Shown here piece by piece: positions 14,147 to 28,355 of a stretch of DNA of 64,000 nt. Source of the stretch: Octopus vulgaris (taxonomy: Eukaryota); contig OX597838.1 in NCBI GenBank assembly GCA_951406725.2, forward strand, positions 7,440,001 through 7,504,000, in the 5' to 3' direction. The stretch's first letter is position 1. The number at the start of each line of letters is the position of its first letter. The notes beneath the pieces were generated by a model, which saw nothing but the letters and a program-made list of their open reading frames with translations, made no database searches and was not told the DNA's origin. A program made the translations under genes and the position numbers.

Positions 14147-15186
14147 TGACGCTGTCTCGTAGTTGCCATCCATTACATTCAGTAAATGCCAACCTTGCAT
14201 TTCATTCAACCAGCTTCGGTAATATAAGTTACCAATCAAGCACTAAGATCATTCTACAATTTTCTGGACCTCTGCATATATTAGAAAAACTCATATTAAA
14301 CTGTTACATAAGTACGACGGATAGGAACGCTAGGGCCTCGGACGAAATGCTTAACAATGATTATTGAAAGTCTTATGTATAGAGTTCAAATCCAACCGAG
14401 GTCAAATTCGAATTTCATCCAGTCAGAATCCATTGAGTAAATATCTATATACGTTACTTGAGTCGATATATTGCTTGTGTCCCTCCTTATGTTGTGCCTG
14501 ATTGATAAGCCATGATTTGGGGAACAAGGTTTTACAGTTATGTTGTAATACAACCAGGAAGAGAATATTATCTCGAGATGCTGAAACTAATTGGTGCATA
14601 TACTTGCTGAGATGCAAATTGAAGCGGTATTTGGAAAGCTTAATCGATATATTAGCGTTGAGGATATTAATATATATCTCTTGTTTGTGATTGAATTTCT
14701 CTCTTGAGATCTTTCCAAATCCATTACTCTGTTGAGATTATCTTTTTTTTTCACGTCAATTGTAAAAGCTTATTCACAACATTTTAGTTCAATAATAACT
14801 TGTGTAGATTGAAATTTGCGTCTTTAATTTTCATGATAGGCATTTAATTTGTTTCTCTAATTAGATTTATATGAATGAGGGTTATTTTATATTATCGAAG
14901 GCGTCCGCTACTAATCGTCATAATTCACCCGTTATTGACCGAAGCCTGTATAAATAGTAATTGAATATTTCCGTCATTCTCAGAAATTTCCTCTGATAAC
15001 ATACGTTACTATCAACTTAACGTAAGTACATACCATAATGTAGAGGAAACAGAAACCTCCCGACCGTTTATGCATATAATGAGAGCATAATTATTGAGAG
15101 ATACCAAGGAGAATCGGTATTTCGTAAACGTAATCGATTTTTGCATTTGGAGTTATACTACATTTACTCTGCATCATGCAATTTCT

Positions 15187-17163
15187 GTTGGAATTTTTCC
15201 TGTAGTTTACGTGGTCAGTTTTTGAGGTGTTGCTTTAACGATTGAAACATGGTGCTTTCGCTTCCAGGAGCAGACGAAGCGTTGCGTACTGGAACAAAAC
15301 ATTTCATTTCACGTTCCTCAGCCTTCATTTCAACATTTGACCTTATGGGATACCATACAACTGTACGTGAAATGCGGAATTTGTGGAGGTGGAGGGACCT
15401 AACTCACGGCATGAATATTTGATCACTATAAACCAATCCTCAGCTACCCCGTCACCTGCCGTCTACAACTAGTGTGTCCACCAGGTATTTGCTACATACA
15501 CATAAATACATATATATATATATATATATATACCTAAATATATATATATATATATATACATATATATACTCACACAAGCTCACAGACACGCACACACACA
15601 CACAGTTTTGGTGTGCATGTGTGTGCTCATGCGTTTTAAATTCACTCCACTGTAAAATTAACTTCAGGACATTGTGCTTCAATATTTATAATCTCACTTT
15701 GAAATTTATCTTCATTACTAAAAACGTGCGACGCATATTTCTATTACTAAGTTGGTTGATATGCACAGAGCCCCGTTTCATACTGTTGGACGCCCCCAAA
15801 TAATCTTACTCCTTCAGTCGTTACAGAGCGACATCCACGGTTGTACTTGCAATCATGTATTATTATTTTTCTATTTTAAAGGGCGGCGAGTTGGCAGAAA
15901 TGTTATCGTGCCTGGAAAATGCGTAAAGATATTTCTTCAGTGTACACACACTAAGTTCAAATTCCACCGATTTCGACTTTTCCCTTCATCTTTTGGGGTC
16001 GATAAATTAAGTACCAGTTGAGTACTGGGGATCTATGTAATCGAATATGCCCCCACGCCCAATTTCAGACCTTGTGCCTATTATAGAAAGAATTATTATA
16101 TATGTATCTTAAAGGTCAGCGAGCTGGCTGAGTCGTTAGCGCGTCGGGCAAGATGCTTAACAATATTTCGTCGTCTGCACATTCTGAGATCAAATTCTGC
16201 CGAGTTCGATTCTGCCCTTCATCGTTTCGGGATCGATAAAATACTTATCAGTGGACTGGGGGCGACGTAATTGACTATGCCTCTCCCCCAAATTTCAGGT
16301 CATCTTCTTATAGTGGAAAAGGATTAATTCTTTACCTTACTTAAAATGTTACAGCGCACGTTTTTATCGGCCTGTTAGAATGGCGATTCTTTGCAAATTC
16401 AACCTTGATATGTCCTGGCAGATTCAGGTGCAAATATGTTAATCGCTGTTGTGTATGCCACAGGAGAACACCTCTTCCCATTTTACATTGACAAAACCCT
16501 CGGCTTATTGGCGCAGTGGATTCAGGGATTCCTCATGTTGTATTTTGTGTTGTGCCTTGTCAGCATACTATCCTTCGAATATTTTGCTATGCAGGGCGAA
16601 TTGTACAAAGGACAAATTCACGATTATTTTACAAGTTTTTCATAGCTAGCATAACAGTATACAACTCCTTTGTTTCTGTACATCATCTTTTTAGATCCCT
16701 TCTTTTTGTCCCTTCTAGTTGGAATAAGGTCATAGTCTACTGAGAAAGAAATACATTCTGTTTCATGTCAAGTGACTTGACGAAGAACATTATCCGAAAC
16801 GTTCCAGGCTACATTATTTTTCTCGCTTTGTCAAGTATTCGACCAGGAAATGTAGAATGTTATTGACGCTTATACATTGTGTTAGAGGTGAAGAGTTAAT
16901 TAAAATGTCGAATAAATTTTATCGTTGGAATTTTTCCTGTAGTTTACGTGGTCAGTTTTTGAGGTGTTGCTTTAACGATTGAAACATTGATATTTTCAAC
17001 ATTGTTTCAACATTTGACCTTATGGGATACCATACAACTGTACGTGAAATTTTTGTGGAGGTGGAGGGACTAACTCACGGCATGAATATTTGATCACATA
17101 AACCAATCCTGAACCTGCCGTCTAAACTAGTGTGTCCACCAGGTATTTGCTACATACACATAA

Positions 17164-17203
<40 letters not shown>

Positions 17204-18586
17204 AAATATATATATATATATACATATATATACTCACACAAGCTCACAGACACGCACACACACACACAGTTTTTGGTGTGCATGTGTGTGCTCATGCGTT
17301 TTAAATTCACTCCACTGTAAAATTAACTTCAGGACATTGTGCTTCAATATTTATAATCTCACTTTGAAATTTATCTTCATTACTAAAGACGTGCGACGCA
17401 TATTTCTATTACTAAGTTGATATGCACAGAGCCCCGTTTCATACTGTTGGACGCCCCAAAATAATCTTACTCCTTCAGTCGTTACAGAGCGACATCCACG
17501 GTTGTACTTGCAATCATGTATTATTATTTTTCTATTTTAAAGGGCGGCGAGTTGGCAGAAATGTTATCGTGCCTGGAAAATGCGTAAAGATATTTCTTCA
17601 GTGTACACACACTAAGTTCAAATTCCACCGATTTCGACTTTTCCCTTCATCTTTTGGGGTCGATAAATTAAGTACCAGTTGAGTACTGGGGATCTATGTA
17701 ATCGAATATGCCCCCACGCCCAATTTCAGACCTTGTGGCTATTATAGAAAGAATTATTATATATGTATGTTAAAGGTCAGCGAGCTGGCTGAGTCGTTAG
17801 CGCGTCGGGCAAGATGCTTAACAATATTTCGTCGTCTGCACATTCTGAGATCAAATTCTGCCGAGTTCGATTCTGCCCTTCATCGTTTCGGGATCGATAA
17901 AATACTTATCAGTGGACTGGGGGCGACGTAATTGACTATGCCTCTCCCCCAAATTTCAGGTCATCTTCTTATAGTGGAAAAGGATTAATTCTTTACCTTA
18001 CTTAAAATGTTACAGCGCACGTTTTTATCGGCCTGTTAGAATGGCGATTCTTTGCAAATTCAACCTTGATATGTCCTGGCAGATTCAGGTGCAAATATGT
18101 TAATCGCTGTTGTGTATGCCACAGGAGAACACCTCTTCCCATTTTACATTGACAAAACCCTCGGCTTATTGGCGCAGTGGATTCAGGGATTCCTCATGTT
18201 GTATTTTGTGTTGTGCCTTGTCAGCATACTATCCTTCGAATATTTTTCTATGCAGGGCGAATTGTACAAAGGACAAATCACGATTATTTTACAAGTTTTT
18301 CATAGCTAGCATAACAGTATACAACTCCTTTATTTCTGTACATCATCTTTTTAGATCCCTTCTTTTTGTCCCTTCTAGTTGGGATAAGGTCATAGTCTAC
18401 TGAGAAAGAAATACATTCTGTTTCATGTCAAGTGACTTGACGAAGAACATTATCCGAAACGTTTCAGGCTACATTATTTTTCTCGCTTTGTCAAGTATTC
18501 GACCAGGAAATGTAGAATGTTATTGACGCTTATACATTGTGTTAGAGGTGAAGAGTTAATTAAAATGTCGAATAAATTTTATCGTT
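15187..18586. repeat. Tandem duplication of ~1.7 kb (15187-16926 and 16924-18586)
   Basis: Near-identical copies with GTT microhomology at the junction. The second copy has several small deletions at its 5' end. Confidence 0.95.
15881..16330 (+). mobile_element. Two tandem copies of tRNA-derived SINE family B (Nin/Deu-domain-like core); repeated at ~17542-17990
   Basis: Head ggcggcgagttggcagaa...gttcaaattcc, then cttcatcttttggggtcgataaattaagtaccag, which resembles the conserved Deu/Nin SINE domain. Confidence 0.75.
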
Positions 18587-18772
18587 TTTGATATTAACAT
18601 TGTTGTTTCTCAGATTTTTCTACGTCCATAAATTGAATTTCAAAATTCAATTCAGCAAATTATCGTTCAATTTTCACTTAAGATTTGTTATAATTAGATT
18701 TCACGTTGATAATTACAATTACAAAGAAAAGGATAAGTCCTATTTCCTAAGTGTTGATGCTTCCACTTTACA

Positions 18773-18803
<31 letters not shown>

Positions 18804-19024
18804 TTTAGTATTAGTATTATTATTAAAGTAATGGGAAACAATTCCTAACATCGGGCTACAACGAGTATCATTATATGCTAAGAGCCTTCCCATGTACCCT
18901 AGCTGTACCTAATGATACTGTTGCGTTATTGTGTTTGTTCAATTTCCGCCGAGGTCAACTTTGCCTTTCATCCTTTCGGGTTTGATAAACTAAATACCAG
19001 TGAAACACTGGAGTCAATGTACAT

Positions 19025-19895
19025 TTTCTTTATCCACCTATTTTCAGTTTCATTCTTTCTCAAGTGCTTGTCCAGTGTTTTATCTTTGCAATCTCCCATG
19101 CTATACAAGCCTGATTCCAATAATAGCGATTCTGTGGCATTTTTTTTTACATACCATGCTATTTTAATTTTTCTTCTTCTCTAATGCTGTGTTCACATCC
19201 AATCAGTCCCCTTCCCCTTATTTTTCTTGGCACATACAGTGTGTCTGTTTCACTTTTTGTCTTTCTGACTAAGCTGTTAACTTTGTCTACAGTCCATGCG
19301 ATTACCCCTGTTCCACATCAAAGGAGTGAAACCACCCAGTTGTTGATAGCTTCAATCTTAATCCGTCCTTTTAATTTCGACTTAAGGATCAGTCTCAGTC
19401 TGTGCAAGTACTCCACCTAAAAGTATTCTGTCATTTCTTTTTCCATCAATTTAGTCATTTCTAATATTCCATGCTGTTATAGCCCTTCTCTTCTCTCTGC
19501 TTCATAACCTCCCCAACGGCATCGCTAGCCCGTCCATACATTTAATTTTGCCTGTCTTCAAAACATCACACTTTTTCAGTCCGAAGTCCATTCTGATATA
19601 AGTACTGACAGTATACAGAGTACCAACAGCGGAACTGACTTGGGATTCAACTTTACCGTAAAGTTTAAGGTCATCCCTTAATAACAAGAGGTTAACTTCT
19701 TGTTGGTGGCTCTTGAATACATACCCAGCCTTTGCGTCCCTTAGAATCAGTGTTAGTGTTATATTGGAAGAAAGGGCCTGAAATTGGTAATGGAGGAACT
19801 GAAACAGCGTCTCGTTGCAAAGAAAGCAAAGAGGTTAAGATACGACCAAAGCCTGAAGGGATACCAGGAGAATAGGCTATACAGAGTAGATCAGA
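19025..19895 (-). mobile_element. Decayed non-LTR retrotransposon RT fragment, R4/Dong/HERO-like
   Basis: LLRDDLKLYGK...IRMDFGLKKC resembles HLLFMDDLKLY..DIxMEFGLxKC of restriction-like-endonuclease clade LINEs. Confidence 0.7.
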
Positions 19896-19959
19896 AGAAA
19901 TTGTTATAATTATTATTATAATTATTATTATTATTATTATTACTATTATTATTATCATC

Positions 19960-19990
<31 letters not shown>

Positions 19991-20055
19991 TTATCACTAT
20001 TATTATTATTATTATTATTATTATCATCTTCATCATTATTATTATTATTATTATT

Positions 20056-20089
<34 letters not shown>

Positions 20090-20131
20090 AGAACACAATG
20101 TTTTCGATGATTCAACATATTTTCCATTCAG

Positions 20132-20216
20132 ATATCACCATCTCCTTACATACAAGAAATATCTCAGATTCGTGGTGAGGAATGGCAGAACTATTAAATC
20201 CATCCTTGATGAATGA
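20132..20216 (+). CDS. Paralogous candidate terminal exon ([27 protein letters not shown])
   Basis: ttttccattcag| acceptor. 20-aa core identical to the 33219 copy with only synonymous changes. AATAAA at 20231. Confidence 0.5.
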
Positions 20217-20660
20217 CAGCGATTTAATAGAATAAATTGTTCCCAGTCTATATTTTGGTAACATTCTGTCAAATTCTGAAGTGTCCATTTCTTACCAATC
20301 TACATTACTTATATCCTTATCACATAGAGTCATGTTCATTTATGTGTGAGCACGCATATACGTACAAGCACAAATATATGTGCAAATACACACATATATA
20401 TATATATATATACGTGTATATATATATATATATATATATCTGTATATATATAGATATATATATGCACACACATATATACATATACATGTATGTATATATA
20501 TAAAGCTAGAGAGAGAGAATGAGACGTACCTGCATATCCGCATTCATATATTCAGGCTCACAACGGTATATATTATACACGCACGCACACACGCACACAC
20601 GTGTATACATACATATTCATCTGTGTGTGTATATATGTGCGCGTGTGTGTATGTGTGTGA

Positions 20661-20909
20661 AGGAGAGCGGTTTAGAGGTTAGGGTATTCTGCTCACAAAC
20701 GTGAGTTCAATTCCCTGCAGATTTGTGTGTCCTTGAGCAAGATACTTTATTTCACGAATCTTCAGTCCACTTAGCTGGCAAAATGCGTAATACCTGTATT
20801 TTCAAAGGCTAGCCTTGCCACATTTTGAGTCACTTTCAGGCTACCTTAGAAATATATTAATAGTACAGGTGTCTCTGGATTCCTCAGCCTCCTATTGACG
20901 GAGTACCAG
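20661..20909 (+). mobile_element. Degenerate tRNA-derived SINE related to 44935-45311
   Basis: gagttcaattcc B box, gtgtccttgagcaagatac, and the shared 3' body. Confidence 0.6.
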
Positions 20910-20925
20910 CTATATATATATATAT

Positions 20926-21292
20926 AGTAAATAATTAACAACGATATCATGGTATTAGTTAATTACGGCCATTTCAGGCGGCTCTACTTGATCGAAATAT
21001 GCAAGAATTACATGAGTTTGAGAAAATACCACCATCCTCGGATGCTTAATATAGGTTTTCAACATAGAGAATACGCTATTATAATTTTTAGCAAATATTT
21101 CATCTGAAGTAGCTCTGGTAAAATATTTGCTAAAAATTATAATGGATTATCCTGTATGGTGAAAACTTATATTATGCATCCGAAAACGGCGGTATTTTTA
21201 AATTGATATAATGCTTGCAGTGTTCGATTAAATGTACCCGCCTGAAACGCGCGTAATGCACAGATACCTTGACATCCTTGTTACTTATTTGC

Positions 21293-21295
<3 letters not shown>
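20926..21295. repeat. ~370-bp imperfect palindrome (foldback) between two (TA)n tracts
   Basis: Arms pair, e.g. attataatttttagcaaatattt / aaatatttgctaaaaattataat and tttcaggcgg / ccgcctgaaa. Centre near 21110. Confidence 0.85.
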
Positions 21296-21344
<49 letters not shown>

Positions 21345-21404
21345 CATATATATTATATATACAATATATATACATATATATAGGTATATATTATTTTTAT
21401 ATAC

Positions 21405-21457
<53 letters not shown>

Positions 21458-21469
21458 TATACATGCATA

Positions 21470-21514
<45 letters not shown>

Positions 21515-21564
21515 TTAATTATATATATATGCCTATATACATATATATATTGAGTGTAAAGTTA

Positions 21565-21905
21565 TTTGCATGCATCTCTGTAACTTAGCACCTCAGCAAA
21601 AATCAGCAATAGCATAAGTACCAGGTTTGAAATTATAATATATAAGTACAGGGCTCCATGCATTCGACTAAAACTCTGCAAGTTGGTGCCACATTAGAGC
21701 AGCAGTCTAATGTCTGAAGCAATCAAAAGATAAGTACGTAGGTGTGGATGTGTGCTATGAAGTTGATTCACAGTAGAAAGGTTATTGGTTCAGTCCTACT
21801 TCTTAGCATGTTGGAAAAAGATATGTACTGGGGTCGAGTCGTTTGACTACATCTTTCTTGTGGTGCTCAAGTACGACCAAATTGCAATGACCAAAACAAT
21901 AAACA
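21565..21905 (+). mobile_element. Two degenerate SINE family A fragments
   Basis: Degenerate ataagtac, ttcgactaa, ggtgctc and ggttcagtcc motifs. Confidence 0.55.
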
Positions 21906-23166
21906 GAGAATAAAATTAATTTTTTTGCCATCCCTGACGTTTATATCGGGTAATTTTTTTCTTTTATTTTTGCATTTTAATAAATTACTGCCAGGCTTAG
22001 GTTTAGGGTTAGGCTCCCAATTTCAGTTCGTAGAGTGCGTGGTTGTGTCCTCTAGGTAACTAGATTTATATGCTTGTTCTCAGTAGAATGTCTTCTACGG
22101 ATTTATATGGAGCTCTAATCACGACATAATAAGCAGGTAATACTTAAATGACGTCTTTGGACAGCTACTTATATAATGGAGGACATCCTAAATGCTAATT
22201 CCATAGAGTCTCTATCGATTATCGACTCTACAATGTTTAGCTTCAATCTCATTCCCAAGTGCATCGGATAATTTTTGAGTGTTTGCTGCTCGCATAGGGC
22301 AAATAAGAGCAAATATCTCTAAAAGACCACTTTGGATGTCGGTGTTGCTGTCACTCTACAAGATTTTCTACTCGTGTGTATACGGCATTTTTCATGTCCC
22401 GTTGCTGCCGTATAGCGCAATTTCTTTCGGTGTATAAATCCGGTCAACTTTAAAATAAATAAATAATTTCCGATAATCTCCTTTCAAACTCTTATGAGGT
22501 TATCGGCTTTAGATATGATGAATTTTATCTATGAGTGGAATACGGTATTTAATGGTTGGTAGATACTGTCAAAGGAAAATTATTCATTATTCAAAAGTGG
22601 TTTGGATCGATGTTGAATTTTTCATTTTAACTGAATACGGCGTAAATCACAGTGGTTTTGAAATTTCGTATTCTACATTAAAAATTTATGGATTTTAAGG
22701 CCAGTAGTGTGGATAATGCCAAACGCCTAATCAAGTTGCAGAAATGTCTATATAATTACTTGTATAGTAAAGACATTCATATATTCTATGCCGAAATAGA
22801 TGAGGACCAACACTTTTTGCTCAAGTTTTTTCATATATTTTCTTGTACTTCGTGAAAAGTTCTACTCAAGGAATAGTTATGTTGGAAGGAATGTATGCTT
22901 GAATGTATGAAGGAGTATTATATATATATATATATATATACTAATTACTCTCCCTTCTCCTTCTCTTCCTCCATCTTCTCCTCCTCCCCCTCCTCCTCCT
23001 CCATCTCTTCGCTTTATTTCTCCTTCTCTTCCTTTACCTTCTCTTACACATATAAATACACACACAAACACACACACAATCACACAGATATATATATATA
23101 TATATATTTATAAATATATATGTATATATATCCATATATACATATGCGTGTGTATATATATGCATG

Positions 23167-23232
<66 letters not shown>

Positions 23233-23395
23233 TAATTAGATGTATATTGAGTGCGTGTATATATACATAGGAAGGTGCACCCAAAAGCAGCCGGAATTTT
23301 GCAATATTATTTTATTATTTTATTCACTTAGTTTTACAGATTTTCACAGTTATCGCTTTTAAATTATTCGTCGTCGTATCCGACCGAATGCAACC

Positions 23396-23430
<35 letters not shown>

Positions 23431-23775
23431 AGATATATAGATAGATAGATATGTATGTATGTATGTATATGTGTATATACATGTGTGGTTTTTAAGTGTG
23501 TGGTTGTTTGTGTGCGCGAGAGATATGCGCGGGTTTATGCACTCTGAATATGTATTTTTGCACATTCTTCAACTCTCAGTACATGGACAATGTTTTTGCT
23601 TCTCTTGCTAAATATCAAATGTTACGAAAATGGAAAATATATACTATTTTGCATTCATACGTTCTACTTAGAGTTTTATTTTATTTTATTTTATAATTTT
23701 ATAATTTTCTTTCTTAAACTATGTTTAGTAAAATAATATTTTAGCTTGAAGGTGTTTTATTAACCGACGCTATAT

Positions 23776-24146
23776 ACTCTTACTCTTTTACTCTTTTACT
23801 TGTTTCAGTCATTTGACTGCGGCCATGCTGGAGCACCACCTTTTAGTACTTATTCTATCGGTCTCTTTTTGCCGAACCGCTAAGTGACGGGGACCTAAAC
23901 ACACCAGCATCGGTTGTCAAGCAATGCTAGAGGGACAAACACAGACACACAAACACACGCATACATATATATATACATATATACGACAGGCTTCTTTCAG
24001 TTTCCGTCTACCAAATCCACTCACAAGGCATTGGTCGGCCCGGGGCTATAGCAGAAGACACTTGCCAAAGATGCCACGCAGTGGGACTGAACCCGCAACC
24101 GTGTGGTTGGTTAGCAAGCTACTTACCACACAGCCACTCCTGCGCC
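23776..24146 (-). mobile_element. tRNA-derived SINE family A, near full length
   Basis: Minus strand starts GGCGCAGGAGTGGCTGTGTGGTAAG...GGGTTCAGTCCC (A/B-box-like). Internal (TA)/(TG) microsatellite. 3' tail aagtaaaagagtaaaagag. At least 8 copies in the window. Confidence 0.85.
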
Positions 24147-25255
24147 TATGCAGACATGGACATAATAAATACGGGTATACTGGAAGCAATTTAAGATGAT
24201 GTAACACAGTAATATCCAGTTCAAACTGGTAATTCTTCACCATTTATAGTCCTCCGCAGTGTTAGCATTTGTTTGACGTTCGATCCCAACTAGGCCTTTT
24301 GCTTGTTTTAATAGATTCTACACGTGTGCCCTTCCATTCAAAGTCTAGATTCTAGACAATAATACCGCCCTTTTCTCGGGAATTAAACTTTAGAGAAATC
24401 CTGTTTCTGAGATTATATCCCCTTCTCAAGTTCAAATAGCCTTAATTACTTAATTACTAAGTCACAATATAATCTAGAGGTAGAATTAATTTAGATAAAT
24501 AAGTGCGTGCCATCGGCCCTTTTGAGGTATTTCTTTCAGATCATTTTTGTTTAAATTACTGAAATCACTTAGGCATTAATACATTCCTATTCTTTTTCTA
24601 TATAAGTCTTGGTTCCTTTCCTAATAGAGACGGCGTGGAACACTTGTCGTGCTAAGGGCGGCTTTTGAGCCAAAAACATTTGTCCAAGACTTTCCTAAGA
24701 TTCTCCATTTACGTAACGGCATGTGAACTTCCGAAGATTTTTGCTTAATATTATCTGCCCGCTTCAATAAGCGCTGGTCTCAATTGCCACTAGGTAAGAT
24801 TTGTTACATTCTCTTGGAGCCGAGATAATTGCAACTACGCAAGAAAATTTGTAGTATGGTGCTTGATATAGAGGTACCCATCTTTAAATGTGCATGTATA
24901 TATATATATATTCAAACATACGCACATACTTAAACCATTATCAAATCTCACAGCTCCCATAAACACTATTTTTTTAGATCTGCTACTACCTACCGATCCT
25001 TCACAAATGAAGAGAGAGAGAGAGAGAAAGAGAGGGAACAGGAAAATATCCTACCTAGTTGAGGACTATGGAAATATAGACAAAATATTTCATTTAATTT
25101 TGTCATCAATTTAATTGCTTTTCTTCTTAATTAATATTCACCTTTCTTTTACTCTGAGTTGAAAAGTTCGAAAAGCACGAAACCGGTACTAACCATTGCA
25201 AAACGTATTTCATGATAAAATTAGTTTAGCATTTTCTACCTGGTTTTATTTTCCT

Positions 25256-25303
<48 letters not shown>

Positions 25304-25457
25304 AGCACACACACACATACAAACATACACACGCACACATACACAGATGGATAAAAATTAAAATAGGTAGAGAGAGAGTGAGAGCGAGGAAGATTGAGAG
25401 ATAGATACAGAGCAAAATGCCCGCATCCAAGCAGACTTATAGATAGATAGATTGATT

Positions 25458-25539
<82 letters not shown>

Positions 25540-25591
25540 CAGACAGAAAATACGTGAAGATATTTAGAACAATACAGATGCACATACATAC

Positions 25592-25655
<64 letters not shown>

Positions 25656-26184
25656 TAAATCTTTACCAAACTTCCTTGTAAAGTAAATATGCAATGTTGA
25701 TGTTGACCTTATGGAAGTCGGAACATACACAGATCGATGAATAGAAGAAATAATATTTTTCTTATTTAAATTATTTCATTATTTAGCCTTTTCTTTTTGT
25801 TGTTTACTTCAAAACTTTGAAAGAATACATCTTTGCAAACCTTAAGAAAAAAAATCTACTATTCTGTGAAAGATTTGAGTGCTTGTATTTTTTTTTGTAT
25901 GTGTGTTTGTATTTATGCAAACATATATATATGTTTTTATGAGTGTGTACATTTGTGTGTAAGTGTGTATGTATGTATGTATGTATGTATGTATGTATGT
26001 ACGTATGTGTGTATTCATAGGTAGATAAATAAATAGATATAGGATACACAGGTATGCAGGTAGAAATATTGAACGATGCATAAGTTTTCATTTCTCTCTC
26101 CCCCTCTCTATCTCTATCTCTATATATGTATATATATATATATATATGTGTGTGTGTATGTGTGTATATACATATATGTGCACC

Positions 26185-26239
<55 letters not shown>

Positions 26240-27112
26240 ATATACATCATAATTGTGTATTATTGTATACAGAAAATATATAAATATATGTATGTATGTG
26301 TGCGTGCGTGCATGTATATATGTGTGTATGTATGTATATATGTATGCTAGCCTCTATGTATGTATACAGGTTTTTATATGTAACTACGAATGCATTTGTA
26401 CATATGCGCTTTTTGTGACCGTAACCTTTTAAGTACTTGAAATTTTTCTCACAGAGCATTTTTGTTTTCTAATATGCTCAAAAATGTTTACAGAAATATC
26501 CATGGAATACTTTTTTTTTGGTCCAATGAATAAATATCAAATGATCCTAAAAGACTGTGAAGATTTAGAAGTTTCTATACTCTACGTCTAGTATTGGCGT
26601 AAAGAAATTATTTCATATAAACAATATTTATGATTGAAGACTTAAGACGATGTCGCAAATGTTTACATTGATAAATATATGTGTATATATATATATGAAT
26701 AAATGCAAGAATGGAGTCGAACAAAGATGTTAACAAAATTCCTTTACTCGCGACAAATGTTTCTGCACATAAACCCGGAGTTTCTACCCTTGGACAGGTC
26801 GCTTCAACCGTGTTTCTGACGTGAATTCGCTGCCCTGGTTTATATATATAGGTTGAAGTTGCTGTTAATATGTGCATTTGAAAATTATTCTACAGCTTTT
26901 TATACACACTCGTATCGTAATACTTTGGCATACGTAACGAACGATATACATACATTCATAAAAACGTATACATGTGAAGGTACAAGTAACGGACCTTTTG
27001 CTCGGCCTCCAGAAATCCGGATATGCTTCGCATCACGGTGTAATGTGATGCACCTTTACTGAAGAAAAAAAAAAGAAACTCGTTTGTAAGTTCGTTAATC
27101 TACATATGTTCT

Positions 27113-27549
27113 TCTATTCTTATATTTGTTTCAGTCATTAGACTGCGACCTTGCTGGAGCACCGCCTTTTAGTCGAGCAAATCGACTCCAGGACTTAATC
27201 TTTGGAAGCATATATTTTTTCTATCGGTGTCTCTTGCCAAACGGCTAAGCTATGGGAATGGAAACCCACCGGCATCGGTTGTCAAGCGATGTTGGGGGAC
27301 AAACCCATACATACAAACAGTTACACACACACAAACATATACACACACACACGCTTATATATAAACACATACGTATATACATAAACGACGAGCTTCTTTC
27401 AGTTTCCTTCTACCAAATCCACTCACAAGGCATTGGTCGGCCCGAGGCTATAGTAGAAGACGCTTGCCCAAGATTCTCCGCAGTGGAACTGAACCCGGAG
27501 CCATGTGGTTGGTAGGCAGGCCACTTACCACACAGCCACTCCTGCACCT
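27113..27549 (-). mobile_element. SINE family A, full length, diverged
   Basis: Similar to the other copies along its whole length. Confidence 0.85.
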
Positions 27550-28040
27550 ATGGAAAATAGGTTTGCCCAACGTTAAAAATCATTTTGTTCTTTACCTTTT
27601 TACGTTGACCAATGGTGGTGCTCCAGCATGACCGTAGCCGCATGGCTCAAATGAATAACAGGATAAAAGAATACTTTGTTCTAGAAGTGTATTAATTAGT
27701 ACCTGTTAAATGGAATTAATTTAATTACCTGTACCTGTTACGTGAAATCATTTTCTTTACCTTTCTTCATTTAATTTTCATCCTATAAACGTTAAACTTT
27801 ACATCTTCGCACATTATTTTCAAATTTAAGAATTTTAAATTAATTAATATATTAGCAAATAATGTTTCTTTAGAAGTGTATTAACTTCAGTCTGATGATA
27901 ATATGATTTCTCTCTTTACTTTTCATAGATTAATTTATACTTTAAATAAAAATGTTTATTCTATCTCCATATATATAGAGAGGCAGACATATAGATTGAT
28001 AGATAGATTGACAGATAGATAGATAGATAGATAGATTGAC

Positions 28041-28075
<35 letters not shown>

Positions 28076-28076
28076 G

Positions 28077-28149
<73 letters not shown>

Positions 28150-28253
28150 TAGATATATACATATATATGTATTTGTGAATTTATTTGTGTGGGGGTATTT
28201 GTGTTAAGTGTGTGTATGTAAGTCTGTGTTTGTGTGTGAGTATATATCGATAT

Positions 28254-28355
<102 letters not shown>

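Noticed and set aside
11142-16810. HHR-like strings at ~11142-11186 (minus), ~13668-13704 and ~16776-16803
   Set aside because: Core or stem II too degenerate to call individually.
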